A stretch of DNA of 64,000 bases, taken from IMG/VR virus record IMGVR_UViG_3300007754_000852. One strand, 5' to 3'. The DNA is from a virus (Duplodnaviria > Caudoviricetes). This document shows, piece after piece, positions 10,924-20,551 of the stretch (position 1 is the stretch's first letter; every line of letters starts with the position of its first letter). The position numbers were made by a program, and so were the translations under genes. The notes below the pieces were generated by a model. The model worked only from the letters and a program-made list of their open reading frames with translations. It did not search any database and was not told the origin of the DNA.

Positions 10924-11736
10924 CTCTGACCCAAGGGGAAGTGACACCCGCGAGTTCGTCCCGCAATGCTGACAGTTCATCTGCACCCTCATATCAATCC
11001 CAGGTTCATTCTGATCAATGTATGTTCTTAGCTTTCTAGAATCCTGTGCAGGCATGCTTTTAACAAACATTCCGATCTTATTTTTATCAGTTATACCATC
11101 GATTGACATTATCTGGTATGCTAAACGTGTTGTTATCATGTTGTCAGTTGAGCTATCAGTCATCTTTTTCATTCTCTCAGACATCACAGATATCTCCGAC
11201 TCATCCTTTCCTGTTAGGAATTTAAAATGAATATCCTTCTTTGTTACAGGTAGTCTAAAGTGGAAAAGATTTTCTCCCGGCGCCACTGGATCAATCTCAA
11301 GACGTCGTATTTCAAGTGATGCTAGATCAAAATCATGATTGCTTCCCTTGCCGCACGATCTACAGCTAACATCAGCACTATATCTTGATCCATAACCTGT
11401 CACCCTTATTGCAACCATTAGAGCATTTTTATCCCCTAATAGCAATTCATCAACATTAACCGACTTATCAATTAAGCACGATTTAATAAGATGCGATATT
11501 ACAGATCCTTGCCTGATTAACGCACGAGACGTAAGGATATCTTCCTCCTGTGCTGTCATTGCCTTTATCTCGAGAATAGACCTTCCATGCAATGCTGAAT
11601 TGACAGAATATACCTTTCCCTCTGACGGGACTGGGACGGCTTCAACCGGAACCTCCCAATTAAAATCTTCCTGCATTACATTTCTTGTCTGAATCTCTGG
11701 ATGTGAATCTTGAAAAAATTCAGAATTGTCTGACAC
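10903..11736 (-). CDS. Tail assembly chaperone / T4 gp26-like baseplate hub assembly protein (277 aa)
   Basis: VPVPSEGKVY...IKAMTAQEEDILTS pattern, two CxxC pairs (CRSC, CQHC); between tube and tape measure; GTG start with AAGGAG. Confidence 0.7.
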   Translation of the reverse strand: MSDNSEFFQDSHPEIQTRNVMQEDFNWEVPVEAVPVPSEGKVYSVNSALHGRSILEIKAMTAQEEDILTSRALIRQGSVISHLIKSCLIDKSVNVDELLLGDKNALMVAIRVTGYGSRYSADVSCRSCGKGSNHDFDLASLEIRRLEIDPVAPGENLFHFRLPVTKKDIHFKFLTGKDESEISVMSERMKKMTDSSTDNMITTRLAYQIMSIDGITDKNKIGMFVKSMPAQDSRKLRTYIDQNEPGIDMRVQMNCQHCGTNSRVSLPLGSEFFWPTE

Positions 11737-11761
11737 TTGCTATCTCCTTGCACACATAAGA

Positions 11762-11790
11762 ATTTTAGACATATAATATGTATGCGTAAA
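11762..11790 (-). promoter_or_regulatory. Possible sigma70-type promoter for the chaperone gene
   Basis: Minus strand TTTACG (11790-11785), 17 bp spacer, TAAAAT (11767-11762) in a 200-bp intergenic gap. Confidence 0.45.
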
Positions 11791-11936
11791 TCAAAAGATC
11801 TCGCGAATATCAGAGAACGCTATGGGCGAATTCTACAGAAACTGATGCGTCTTCTCTGTCCATATTTCAAATGAATATCTACTTTAACCACTATGAAGGC
11901 GACTATAAGCTAATGTTGTGCTATCGAATTGTAAAA

Positions 11937-12428
11937 TCAGAATTGAAGTACAGCATTATCAAATCTAAGCGATAGTGAAATCTCTACCGGCTCTGTGTCA
12001 TTTTCATATGTCAGAGTATTAAAGTTTGCATTCGTAATAAATGCACCCTTAACATCCCACAGCTCCACAACTGTTCCAATAGGATCAAGAAGCTTTAACT
12101 GGATATCTCTCTTATAGAAATCAGCATATCCTGCTCGACCAGACACAGACTCATAATGTGTTCTAACCCACTCCATTACCTGCTGAGCCCCTGATGGTGC
12201 AATGGGATCATGAAGTGTAATTGACATTTCGCTAAATGTCATTCTTCCAGCAAGATATCTCTTGGCATTGATAAAAGGAATTTCTTTCATTGCAATAGCC
12301 ATCTGAGGTCTGGCTGACGTCTTCATGAGAAAGGCGTCAACTCCTTCTATGGCAAACAGCCACCTAAATTGTCTTTTGGGTTCGAATTTATTTGGTAACA
12401 TGTCTGTAACAGATAGTGTCTCAGCCAT
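11937..12428 (-). CDS. gp19: Tail tube protein (T4 gp19-like)
   Basis: FEPKRQFRW...YLAGRMTFSEMSITLHDPIAPSGAQQVMEW...KLLDPIGTVVELWDVKGAF; 163 aa; downstream of sheaths. Confidence 0.9.
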   Translation of the reverse strand: MAETLSVTDMLPNKFEPKRQFRWLFAIEGVDAFLMKTSARPQMAIAMKEIPFINAKRYLAGRMTFSEMSITLHDPIAPSGAQQVMEWVRTHYESVSGRAGYADFYKRDIQLKLLDPIGTVVELWDVKGAFITNANFNTLTYENDTEPVEISLSLRFDNAVLQF

Positions 12429-12546
12429 AATATTCTCCTTTATAAAGCTGCTGCTTACTTACTAAATATGTTCGCACTAAGTTTATTCTTTTAAAGAAGT
12501 GATATATAGTTTAAGAGGTAATTTAAGGTTTAGCTGGGTTCTAAGA

Positions 12547-14202
12547 ATGAAAACGTCAAAAAGATATAAATGTCCCATATGCTCATTTACGTGTGGAAGA
12601 AAAAATGACTTTAATACTCATGTTGTAGACTTCCACAATTTTTTGTCAACTCAAGATGCATATAATAAAGTTATATTAAAAACATCAAAAAATTTAACTT
12701 GTGCTTGTGGCTGTGAAGAAGAGTTAAAATTTGAAAGCTGGAATGTAGGATACTCATCTAAGTTTAAGCTAGGTCACAATGGATCAATATACTCAATCTA
12801 CGATGAAAAGCGAGCAAAAGAGATTTCAAATAAACGGTCTTTATCGCTAAAGGGAAAGGAAGGATGGTCAAAAGGACTTACAAAAGAAACAGACGATAGA
12901 ATCTTAAGAAGATCTAAAAAGATAAAATCAACGCTACAGGCAAAAAGCAAAAGAGGTGAAATAGCATCATGGTCAAAAGGTCTTACAAAAGAAACAGATG
13001 ATCGTCTTTTAAAATTATCAAAAAAATTAAGCGACAAGTATAGATCAGGTGAATTGATCCCATGGGCAAAAGGCCTTACAAAAGAAACAGATAACAGAGT
13101 GCTAGAAATGTCCCTTAATGTTGCAGAAACACTAAATAACAAAAAGATAAGAGATGTGCTAGATTCTAAAAAAAGGCTTTCAGAAGATGAAGTTATTAAA
13201 AGACTAAACATTAATGCACCCAAGCTAAAGTTAATATCTAAAATTGACAGCTATAAGCGCGATAAAATAAAAAATCTTATATTTGAATGTCGAAACTGCC
13301 ACAAACAACAAACTAAGAGCCTGATTCAGGCTATGAGCAATAGATGTGAAGACTGTGATCCACACGGGTCAAAGCATCAGATAGAAATAAATGACTTTAT
13401 AAGGAGTTTAGGCAAAGAAACTATTATGTGTGACAGATCGACAATAAGACCATATGAGATAGACATTCTTGTCAAAGAGTGTAGATTAGGAATAGAGTAT
13501 AACGGTCTTTATTTCCACAGTGAAGAGTTTAAGGATAAAAACTATCATAAGAGAAAGTCAGAATTATCACTCGAGCAGAACATCAAGCTAATACATGTCT
13601 TTGAAGATGAGTGGGAAGAAAAAAGAAGCATTGTTAAATCAATGATACGTCACAGGTTAGGAATGACGAAGATAAAGATTCCTGCAAGAAAATGCAAAAT
13701 TATAGATGTTGCCTATAGCGATAGAAAAAAGTTTTTTAATGAAAATCACATAGACGGTGACACAAAATCAAGCTGGGCGCTAGGGCTTGTTTATAATAAA
13801 GAGATTGTTGCATGCATATCTGTTAGAAAACCCTTTCATAAAAAATATAAAGGATACATAGAAATTGCTAGATTTGCAAATAAAATAGACGTTGTTATTC
13901 AGGGCGGCCTAAGCAAGCTGATAAAGCATGTAAAGGCTAGGGCCAAAAAAGACAGATATCAAAAAATTATGACGTATGTGGACCTAAGACATGGTCTTGG
14001 TGAATCATATTTAAAGTCTGGATTTTTAATACGTCAAAAGACAATTAATCGATTTTGGTGGACTGACGGTAAGACACGAATCAATAGGTTTAAAATAAAA
14101 GCAGATCCAACAAGAAACATGTCTGAAAAAGAGGTATCAGAAGAAGTTGGTGTTGTTAAAATATGGGGCTGTCCAAATATTATACTAGAAGTTGATATTT
14201 AA
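12547..14202 (+). CDS. Free-standing homing endonuclease (Hef-like): C2H2 zinc finger, tandem DNA-binding repeats, PD-(D/E)XK/Vsr-like nuclease
   Basis: CPIC..HVVDFH, CACGC, three W[SA]KGLTKETD[DN]R repeats, YEIDILVKECRLGIEYNGLYFHS nuclease motif; only credible plus-strand gene; ATG at 12547 preferred over GTG at 12499. Confidence 0.75.
   Translation: MKTSKRYKCPICSFTCGRKNDFNTHVVDFHNFLSTQDAYNKVILKTSKNLTCACGCEEELKFESWNVGYSSKFKLGHNGSIYSIYDEKRAKEISNKRSLSLKGKEGWSKGLTKETDDRILRRSKKIKSTLQAKSKRGEIASWSKGLTKETDDRLLKLSKKLSDKYRSGELIPWAKGLTKETDNRVLEMSLNVAETLNNKKIRDVLDSKKRLSEDEVIKRLNINAPKLKLISKIDSYKRDKIKNLIFECRNCHKQQTKSLIQAMSNRCEDCDPHGSKHQIEINDFIRSLGKETIMCDRSTIRPYEIDILVKECRLGIEYNGLYFHSEEFKDKNYHKRKSELSLEQNIKLIHVFEDEWEEKRSIVKSMIRHRLGMTKIKIPARKCKIIDVAYSDRKKFFNENHIDGDTKSSWALGLVYNKEIVACISVRKPFHKKYKGYIEIARFANKIDVVIQGGLSKLIKHVKARAKKDRYQKIMTYVDLRHGLGESYLKSGFLIRQKTINRFWWTDGKTRINRFKIKADPTRNMSEKEVSEEVGVVKIWGCPNIILEVDI
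12865..13098 (+). repeat. Three ~36-bp intragenic repeats encoding W[SA]KGLTKETD[DN]R
   Basis: Copies start at 12865, 12970 and 13063. Confidence 0.9.
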
Positions 14203-17200
14203 ACTTCTGCACCAGCATTCGACACCATGAAATCAAGTGCAACAAACTCTGCTGTTCTTGTAGGTTGAACGTATATTTTTCCTCTAAGTGTATTATTTTC
14301 GATGTCAGCCTGTGTCGTCGTTGATGTATCAATTACAACCTTGTACCTGTCAACACCGCTCTTCTCCTGAATGCCTTGAAGAATAGGAGTTACAAGAGCA
14401 TTAAATCTATCAAGCGTTTCACTTCTATTCGGTTCAAACAGAAGTGAATTTGCAACTGCCCTGACAGACCTTCTTATCTCGATCAAAAGACGTCTAACAT
14501 TTACCCTATCAAGCGATGACTGTGATGATAAAAGCGTCTTTTGACCCCATACAACGAGCCCTGTTCCTGGGAATGTTGTGATGGGATTTATATCTGCATC
14601 ATATAATTCATCAAGGTTTGCCCTCTTTAAAGGTAATGCAGATCTTTCTGCGCTAAGAGAGCCTCTCGTAAATCCTGCCGGTGCAAACCACGGATGACCA
14701 ATTCTATCATTCTTAGCAAATGCTCCAAGAACGCTAACTGAAGGTGGCACCTGAACATTTGTCAAAGTTGTTGGATCTCTAACAATCGTATCAGGGAAGT
14801 ATGCTGCAGCAAACGATGTGTCAAGAGCTCGATTCTTAAATGCTGCAACTGTGTATCCCACATTAACATTCTGGAGAGATCCTGTGACTATCTGATCTGT
14901 GTTATCTCTTTCCTCAATGTCCATGATATATAGCGCATCAAATCTATCCTCTACTGCATCAACTGCATAGTCTGTAACTGAACTATGTCTTATTCCTGGA
15001 ATTGCAAGAAGCTTAATGTCGACATCAGATTTTGTTTCCATGATGTCAACTGCCTTTCTATATGCTGCAACAGTTGGACCATCAGTTGCACCTTGATTTG
15101 ATGAGTCATCCATTTCCCACATACATGAGTTGTTTAGCAGATCACTCTTGCTCTTGTTAAAGATATTTACTCCGTCAAAACCACCCTGGAGGAAGAATGT
15201 AAACTTAGCAAAGTTTCTATTGCCGCTATTCTTAAGGTCATCCACCTTGAATGCTCTAGTCTTTGTTGTTTCGTTTGCTGTAATTCCACCCTGTCTGGCA
15301 TATGATGCGCTCACCCACTGCCTGGGATCTGCCAGACCATTCGATCCTGTTCTAACCTTGACTCTTTCAAGAGTAAACATGTTATTGTTAAATCTATCTG
15401 CATCAAGAACGGTTCCATTAGAGTCTGCTGCCCCAGCATTGTCTCCAACTGACACATTTCTTACATCATCTCTAAATGTTGGGAAGTACTTGGCAAAGCT
15501 ATCAAGTGTGTTGTCGTGAAGACCTATCTTGTTTGGTTCTGTGATACTTTCCTTTCTTGTAAATTGAACTCCCCAGTAGAGATATGACTTTGCCCTATCA
15601 TTTGGATACACACCTACACTAACTGATTCTCTTAGCGGAGTAGGAGGCTCAACAATATGATGTAACAAGTCTGTAGATCCGGCCCATAGCTGACCCTGAG
15701 TCGCTGTGCCTACACCGTGCAACGGCTGACTACCAGATGTTACTAGATGATGATGTCCTCTTGATCCGAGAGGTAATGCCTCATCAGGAACAGCACCATC
15801 TTTCAAAATTTTACTTTGTTCAATTCTAATAAGATTTGATTGAACCGGATGATCTCCTTCAACAACAAGTCGCTGTGATCCATCATTTCTATCAAAATCA
15901 TAAAATGTTCTCTGGTCACCTATAACCCTGGCAATAAATCTATCAGACGATGGGTTGAGACTTAATCCTCTATATTGTTCAAGAACGACCTTCTCATCAT
16001 CTGAGTCATAAAAGTCTCTTACAATTAGGTCAAATGATCCAAAAAAGCTTGTATCTGACGTTGATTTCTGTATATTCTCAATTGAAATCTTAAACCTTGT
16101 GCTTACTCCTGCACCATCATCAGTTGCATGAACTCTAAACAAATCATACTTTGTTCCACCAAAATCCTGTGATATTACATAGGGAGACTTTGCTGTCGAA
16201 AATCTTGTTTCAAAGCTTTCATAATCTGGAGTTCCTGCAGTTCCTGCATTTCTTCCGTGTGATCCTGTCGTAATAAACGCGACAGGTTCAAGTGTTGGAC
16301 CTCCTGTACCGCCTAGCTGAGTACCGCTTCCAGGATATACATACCCAGCACCTGTAATTACAGCTAAGGATGGATGAATGTCATAGCTAGAATATAAGTA
16401 GTGACCGCTTTCCTCAATCTTAAAAGGGTCTGTGTTAAGAACATCAGCAAAATAATTAGATGATCTTAGATCAAATGAACAGGTTAGCGTGTTTGGATAG
16501 CTATCAGTATCTTTATGACCGTTTAACAGTAGCACAAATTCCTGATTTGATAGATTAACAGCACCTGTTATGCATCCCTGGAGGCTAGCACCGTGATTAC
16601 CTGCAATTGCAGGAGACGTATTTGATGGCTTGCTATTTGATCCCGTTGCATGCTCTGTAGATGCTGACAGCAGAGGTATTACGCCCGATGCTGCCATCAA
16701 AATACCCCTTAGAATTGGAATACATCCATCTCCATTTAGCTCATATTCTGCGCTTGATGCCGACATCGCCCAGTGAGACAGACCTGCATCACTAAACACT
16801 GTTGAACCGGCTGATTCAGACATGTAGCATCCGAAAAAGTGCGTTCTTCCAAGATCACCGTTTGGAACTGCATATGTGTTAACACCTACATTTCCATTTG
16901 TCTGTGGGAGCTTTTGTCCGACAACAAATCCTGCATTTGTCACCTTGCCCGTCGTAGAATTTTTCTTTTTTCCGTCTCCAACACCTAAGACTCTAATATA
17001 TGTTAATGCCTGTGCAGCCTTTAACCATTCATTTACCGCCAGCGGACCAAATCTTTCACCGTCTGTGTTTCCAAACACGCTTGCAAAATCTTTATAGCTA
17101 GCAACTGTTACAGGAACAAATGCTGGACCATCTTCTGCTGTTCCAACTACACCGGCAGGTATGCCAATAGGTCCTGTAGATGTCTTACGACTAGACACAT

Positions 17201-17249
17201 CGATTTCTCGTGTGCTTACTCCTGCGCTTCTAAAAACTATTTCAGCCAT
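14199..17249 (-). CDS. gp18: Tail sheath protein, copy 1 (1016 aa)
   Basis: N-term SAGVSTREID; C-term PWFAPAGFTRG, INPITTFPG, VWGQKT, DRVNVRRLL. Confidence 0.92.
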   Translation of the reverse strand: MAEIVFRSAGVSTREIDVSSRKTSTGPIGIPAGVVGTAEDGPAFVPVTVASYKDFASVFGNTDGERFGPLAVNEWLKAAQALTYIRVLGVGDGKKKNSTTGKVTNAGFVVGQKLPQTNGNVGVNTYAVPNGDLGRTHFFGCYMSESAGSTVFSDAGLSHWAMSASSAEYELNGDGCIPILRGILMAASGVIPLLSASTEHATGSNSKPSNTSPAIAGNHGASLQGCITGAVNLSNQEFVLLLNGHKDTDSYPNTLTCSFDLRSSNYFADVLNTDPFKIEESGHYLYSSYDIHPSLAVITGAGYVYPGSGTQLGGTGGPTLEPVAFITTGSHGRNAGTAGTPDYESFETRFSTAKSPYVISQDFGGTKYDLFRVHATDDGAGVSTRFKISIENIQKSTSDTSFFGSFDLIVRDFYDSDDEKVVLEQYRGLSLNPSSDRFIARVIGDQRTFYDFDRNDGSQRLVVEGDHPVQSNLIRIEQSKILKDGAVPDEALPLGSRGHHHLVTSGSQPLHGVGTATQGQLWAGSTDLLHHIVEPPTPLRESVSVGVYPNDRAKSYLYWGVQFTRKESITEPNKIGLHDNTLDSFAKYFPTFRDDVRNVSVGDNAGAADSNGTVLDADRFNNNMFTLERVKVRTGSNGLADPRQWVSASYARQGGITANETTKTRAFKVDDLKNSGNRNFAKFTFFLQGGFDGVNIFNKSKSDLLNNSCMWEMDDSSNQGATDGPTVAAYRKAVDIMETKSDVDIKLLAIPGIRHSSVTDYAVDAVEDRFDALYIMDIEERDNTDQIVTGSLQNVNVGYTVAAFKNRALDTSFAAAYFPDTIVRDPTTLTNVQVPPSVSVLGAFAKNDRIGHPWFAPAGFTRGSLSAERSALPLKRANLDELYDADINPITTFPGTGLVVWGQKTLLSSQSSLDRVNVRRLLIEIRRSVRAVANSLLFEPNRSETLDRFNALVTPILQGIQEKSGVDRYKVVIDTSTTTQADIENNTLRGKIYVQPTRTAEFVALDFMVSNAGAEV

Positions 17250-17284
17250 TTAGAGTTTCTCCACAAATCATAGATAAATATTTC

Positions 17285-20200
17285 TTACTCAAAACTTACC
17301 CCAGCTGACGTAATGATAAAGTCTATTGCGATAAATTCAACAGCTCTAGTTGGAACTAGAACAATTCTACCGTTTAGTCGATTTTGTTCCACGTCTTCAA
17401 TTGTATTATTAGAACTATCCATTACAACCTTAAATTGATCAATTCCCTGCTGTGTCTGAATAAGAGATAGCAACGGTGTCACCTGTGAGACAAATCTTGC
17501 CCTTGTCTCTGGCGTGTTTTGCTCAAAGACTATCTTGCTTGCTACGTCAGATATTATTCTCTTTGCCTCTAGGAGCATTCTTCTAACGTTAACCCTGTCA
17601 AGAGACGTCTTTGCCTGCTGCAAGGTTTTTTGACCAAAAATAACAAATCCTGCATTTGGGAATGTTGCGATGGGATTTATCTTAGCCTCATAGAGGTCAT
17701 TCTTATCGCTTGCATTTAATCTAGCCTTTGTATTCACGACAAAGTCAAGAGCTGCCCTATTAAATCCTGCGGGAGCAAACCATGGGTATGCTACATTGTC
17801 ATTAAACCCTAGCGCTCCTAGCGCTGCTATGCTTGCAGGCACCTCAACAGACCTGTTGTTTACAGGATCATTAATTGATACATCTGGGAAATATGTTGCA
17901 ACATAATTACTGTCAAGCGCTCTAGCGCTAAATTTCTCTATTGTCTTTTCAACATCAGGTCTTCCCGTGCTATCATAGAATAGCCTGTTATTATCGCCAT
18001 CGTAAGCAGGAGTATCGATGATATAGATAGCCTTTCCGTAGTCTTCAACTAGGTCTGTGACATAATCTGTAACATGACTATCTCTTATTCCAGGAATGAC
18101 AATAATGTTAACTCGTGATGACATCTCATCTGTCAAAATCTCAGCTGCAGCCCTATATGATCTAACTGTGCTATTGTCCTTACCTGAGCCCACTGTCATA
18201 TTTGTTGACAAGCCAATGTTCAATGGATTTCCATCAGTGCTTGATAGATTAGATTCTGACGCCTTTCCTGTGCTATCTGATGAGCTTGCTCTGTCGTTTA
18301 ATCGTGACATATCTCTATCAAGAATATTGACACCGTCAAACCCACCGTAGAAGAAGTTTGTAAATTTAGCATAGTTGGTAAACTTATTAAAGTGCGTAGA
18401 TCCTGTCAGTGAAATGAGTGACGCAAATGTCAGCCTATCATTTGCTGTTCCATCAGATACAACGTATGTTGTCCCTTTTGGCACGCCGTTTCTAATATAA
18501 CATGCCTCAAGCATGTGATCTTTTGCCGTTCCTGTTATCTGGCTTTCGACCGTCTGATTTAGGCCAGGTCTTCCGCTTCCTGTCAATGCATCAGATATAA
18601 CATTTCCTAATGCTACACGAGCCAGTGTAAATTTATTATTATTAAACTCATCAGCACCTGCACCAGTTACAACAAGATCCATCTTGGAGATTCCAAGAAG
18701 CTTGGCATAATTTTCAATAAGCGGGTTTGGCGTGCTTGACACATTAGCATTGAGAATTGACTCATCAAGCGATGAGCTTCTAGGAACTATCTCAAACTTA
18801 GTTCCCCAGTAGAATCTTGCATCAACTCTCTCACTATTTCCTGGTGATCCAGCAAGACCAGATGTCGCAACATTTCCACGAGTCACCTTGAACCTATATG
18901 GGACAGGAGGTAAAATTGATCCTGACAAGAGAGACTCTGCACCTGCAGCAGCAACACTGCTTCCAGATGATTTTCTAGGAGTGAATGCCAGTCTTGACCC
19001 AGGATTTCCAAGATTCTGACCCAGTGACGATGTCAACCCTGTAACAGAATTATCTGCTAGCGTCTCAGTTGTCTTTAGTGACGGAAACCCTCTAAACCCA
19101 AAGGGCAAAGCATCTACAGGTACATTTCCATTCTCAGCATCTACATGCATCACGATTCGAACTCTAGATGACACGTTTGCATACTTTCCAGACATCAAAA
19201 GTCGACGCTCATCTGATGTCTCTGCATCAAAGTTATACGACACCTTTAGATCACCTATCTTTTTAGCAACATAATTTTCATCACTGGGATCTAGCGTACA
19301 TAGAGGGTACTGTTCTAAGACTGACGGATTTGTATCTGTATCACTAAATGATCTTACCTCTACTGTGAAAGTTCCATTCTTATTTTTAGAGTCTGTAGAT
19401 TTTCTAATATTAGAGATCGATACCTTGAATTTTGTATTTGCAGATGCTCCGTCAGATAAAGTTTCAAAATGAAATAGATCATATTCCTTCTCACCATATG
19501 GCTGTGAGATGAACATTGTTGTTCTTGGAGTTGAATATCTTGTGTCAAATCTTCCAAATGCATCTCTAAAGCCCTGATTTGCGGGATTGTCTGATGAAAC
19601 AGCGGCTGTACCAGATACAACTGCTACAGAGTATCTGTGATCTGAAACAGGTGCAATCTCATCTTCAACAGGAAAGTGAGAGTATAGAAGGTGTTGTTCT
19701 TCCTGGAATCTCTCTGGATCTGTATTTAGGACATTTGAAATATAGCTAGGTAGAGACGGATCTAGCGATGCAGTTAACATCTTTACGCCTGGTGATCCAT
19801 CGTGATTGGCAAACTGTGTTGCTGACGATGATATCGCTATCTTGAACGTCTTAAATCTGCTGTCTCCGGTTCCGCTATATACTGTAGCTGTATCTGCAAA
19901 AGCCTCTGCAGTTGAATATGACGAAGTCGCATGTAGAACCTGGATTCTTGTACCTGTGGCACACATTATCATTCCACGAACTAGATAGACATAGTCATCA
20001 CCGCTACTAATTCCATAGCTATCGTTGTCTGTAAAGACAGGAAAGCCTACTGTTTCTCTTGATGCAGAAACAAAATGTCTTGCAACCAAAAATTGAACAG
20101 CACCTTGATGCCTTGTGTCTCCGGGCGTTCCACCTAGCGCTGAACCCTGTATAACAAATCCGGCGTTCTTAACTACACCCTGCTGCTCTGTCTTGTATAT

Positions 20201-20488
20201 GTCAGTCGTTGAATCGTTAGACCCAGCACCAAGAACTCTAACAAACGTCAATGCGCTTCTATTCTTTAGAAATTCTCTAACAGCATACGGTCCAAACTTT
20301 TTATGATCAAGTGTTCCAAAGCGAGACTTGAAATCACTAAATGAACCAACTGTTACAGGGACAAATGCCGGACCCATCTCTGACGTACCTGCAACACCGG
20401 CAGGAACACCGACTGTCTCCGCTTCCCTCTGGGATAGATCGACTTCGCGTTCAAAGAATCCGGGCGACTTAAAGATCTGCTCAGCCAT
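17285..20488 (-). CDS. gp18: Tail sheath protein, copy 2 (1067 aa)
   Basis: N-term SPGFFEREVD; C-term PWFAPAGFNRA, INPIATFP, IFGQKT, DRVNVRRML. Confidence 0.92.
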   Translation of the reverse strand: MAEQIFKSPGFFEREVDLSQREAETVGVPAGVAGTSEMGPAFVPVTVGSFSDFKSRFGTLDHKKFGPYAVREFLKNRSALTFVRVLGAGSNDSTTDIYKTEQQGVVKNAGFVIQGSALGGTPGDTRHQGAVQFLVARHFVSASRETVGFPVFTDNDSYGISSGDDYVYLVRGMIMCATGTRIQVLHATSSYSTAEAFADTATVYSGTGDSRFKTFKIAISSSATQFANHDGSPGVKMLTASLDPSLPSYISNVLNTDPERFQEEQHLLYSHFPVEDEIAPVSDHRYSVAVVSGTAAVSSDNPANQGFRDAFGRFDTRYSTPRTTMFISQPYGEKEYDLFHFETLSDGASANTKFKVSISNIRKSTDSKNKNGTFTVEVRSFSDTDTNPSVLEQYPLCTLDPSDENYVAKKIGDLKVSYNFDAETSDERRLLMSGKYANVSSRVRIVMHVDAENGNVPVDALPFGFRGFPSLKTTETLADNSVTGLTSSLGQNLGNPGSRLAFTPRKSSGSSVAAAGAESLLSGSILPPVPYRFKVTRGNVATSGLAGSPGNSERVDARFYWGTKFEIVPRSSSLDESILNANVSSTPNPLIENYAKLLGISKMDLVVTGAGADEFNNNKFTLARVALGNVISDALTGSGRPGLNQTVESQITGTAKDHMLEACYIRNGVPKGTTYVVSDGTANDRLTFASLISLTGSTHFNKFTNYAKFTNFFYGGFDGVNILDRDMSRLNDRASSSDSTGKASESNLSSTDGNPLNIGLSTNMTVGSGKDNSTVRSYRAAAEILTDEMSSRVNIIVIPGIRDSHVTDYVTDLVEDYGKAIYIIDTPAYDGDNNRLFYDSTGRPDVEKTIEKFSARALDSNYVATYFPDVSINDPVNNRSVEVPASIAALGALGFNDNVAYPWFAPAGFNRAALDFVVNTKARLNASDKNDLYEAKINPIATFPNAGFVIFGQKTLQQAKTSLDRVNVRRMLLEAKRIISDVASKIVFEQNTPETRARFVSQVTPLLSLIQTQQGIDQFKVVMDSSNNTIEDVEQNRLNGRIVLVPTRAVEFIAIDFIITSAGVSFE

Positions 20489-20551
20489 TAATTATTCTCC
20501 CATGCACAAATCACTACAGTTTATAAATATCATTCAAAAACCTAAAAGACC

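Noticed and set aside
11737-11936. 200-bp gap between tube and chaperone as an ncRNA or 30-aa plus-strand ORF
   Set aside because: No stable stems or SD-supported ORF; promoter-like elements explain it adequately.
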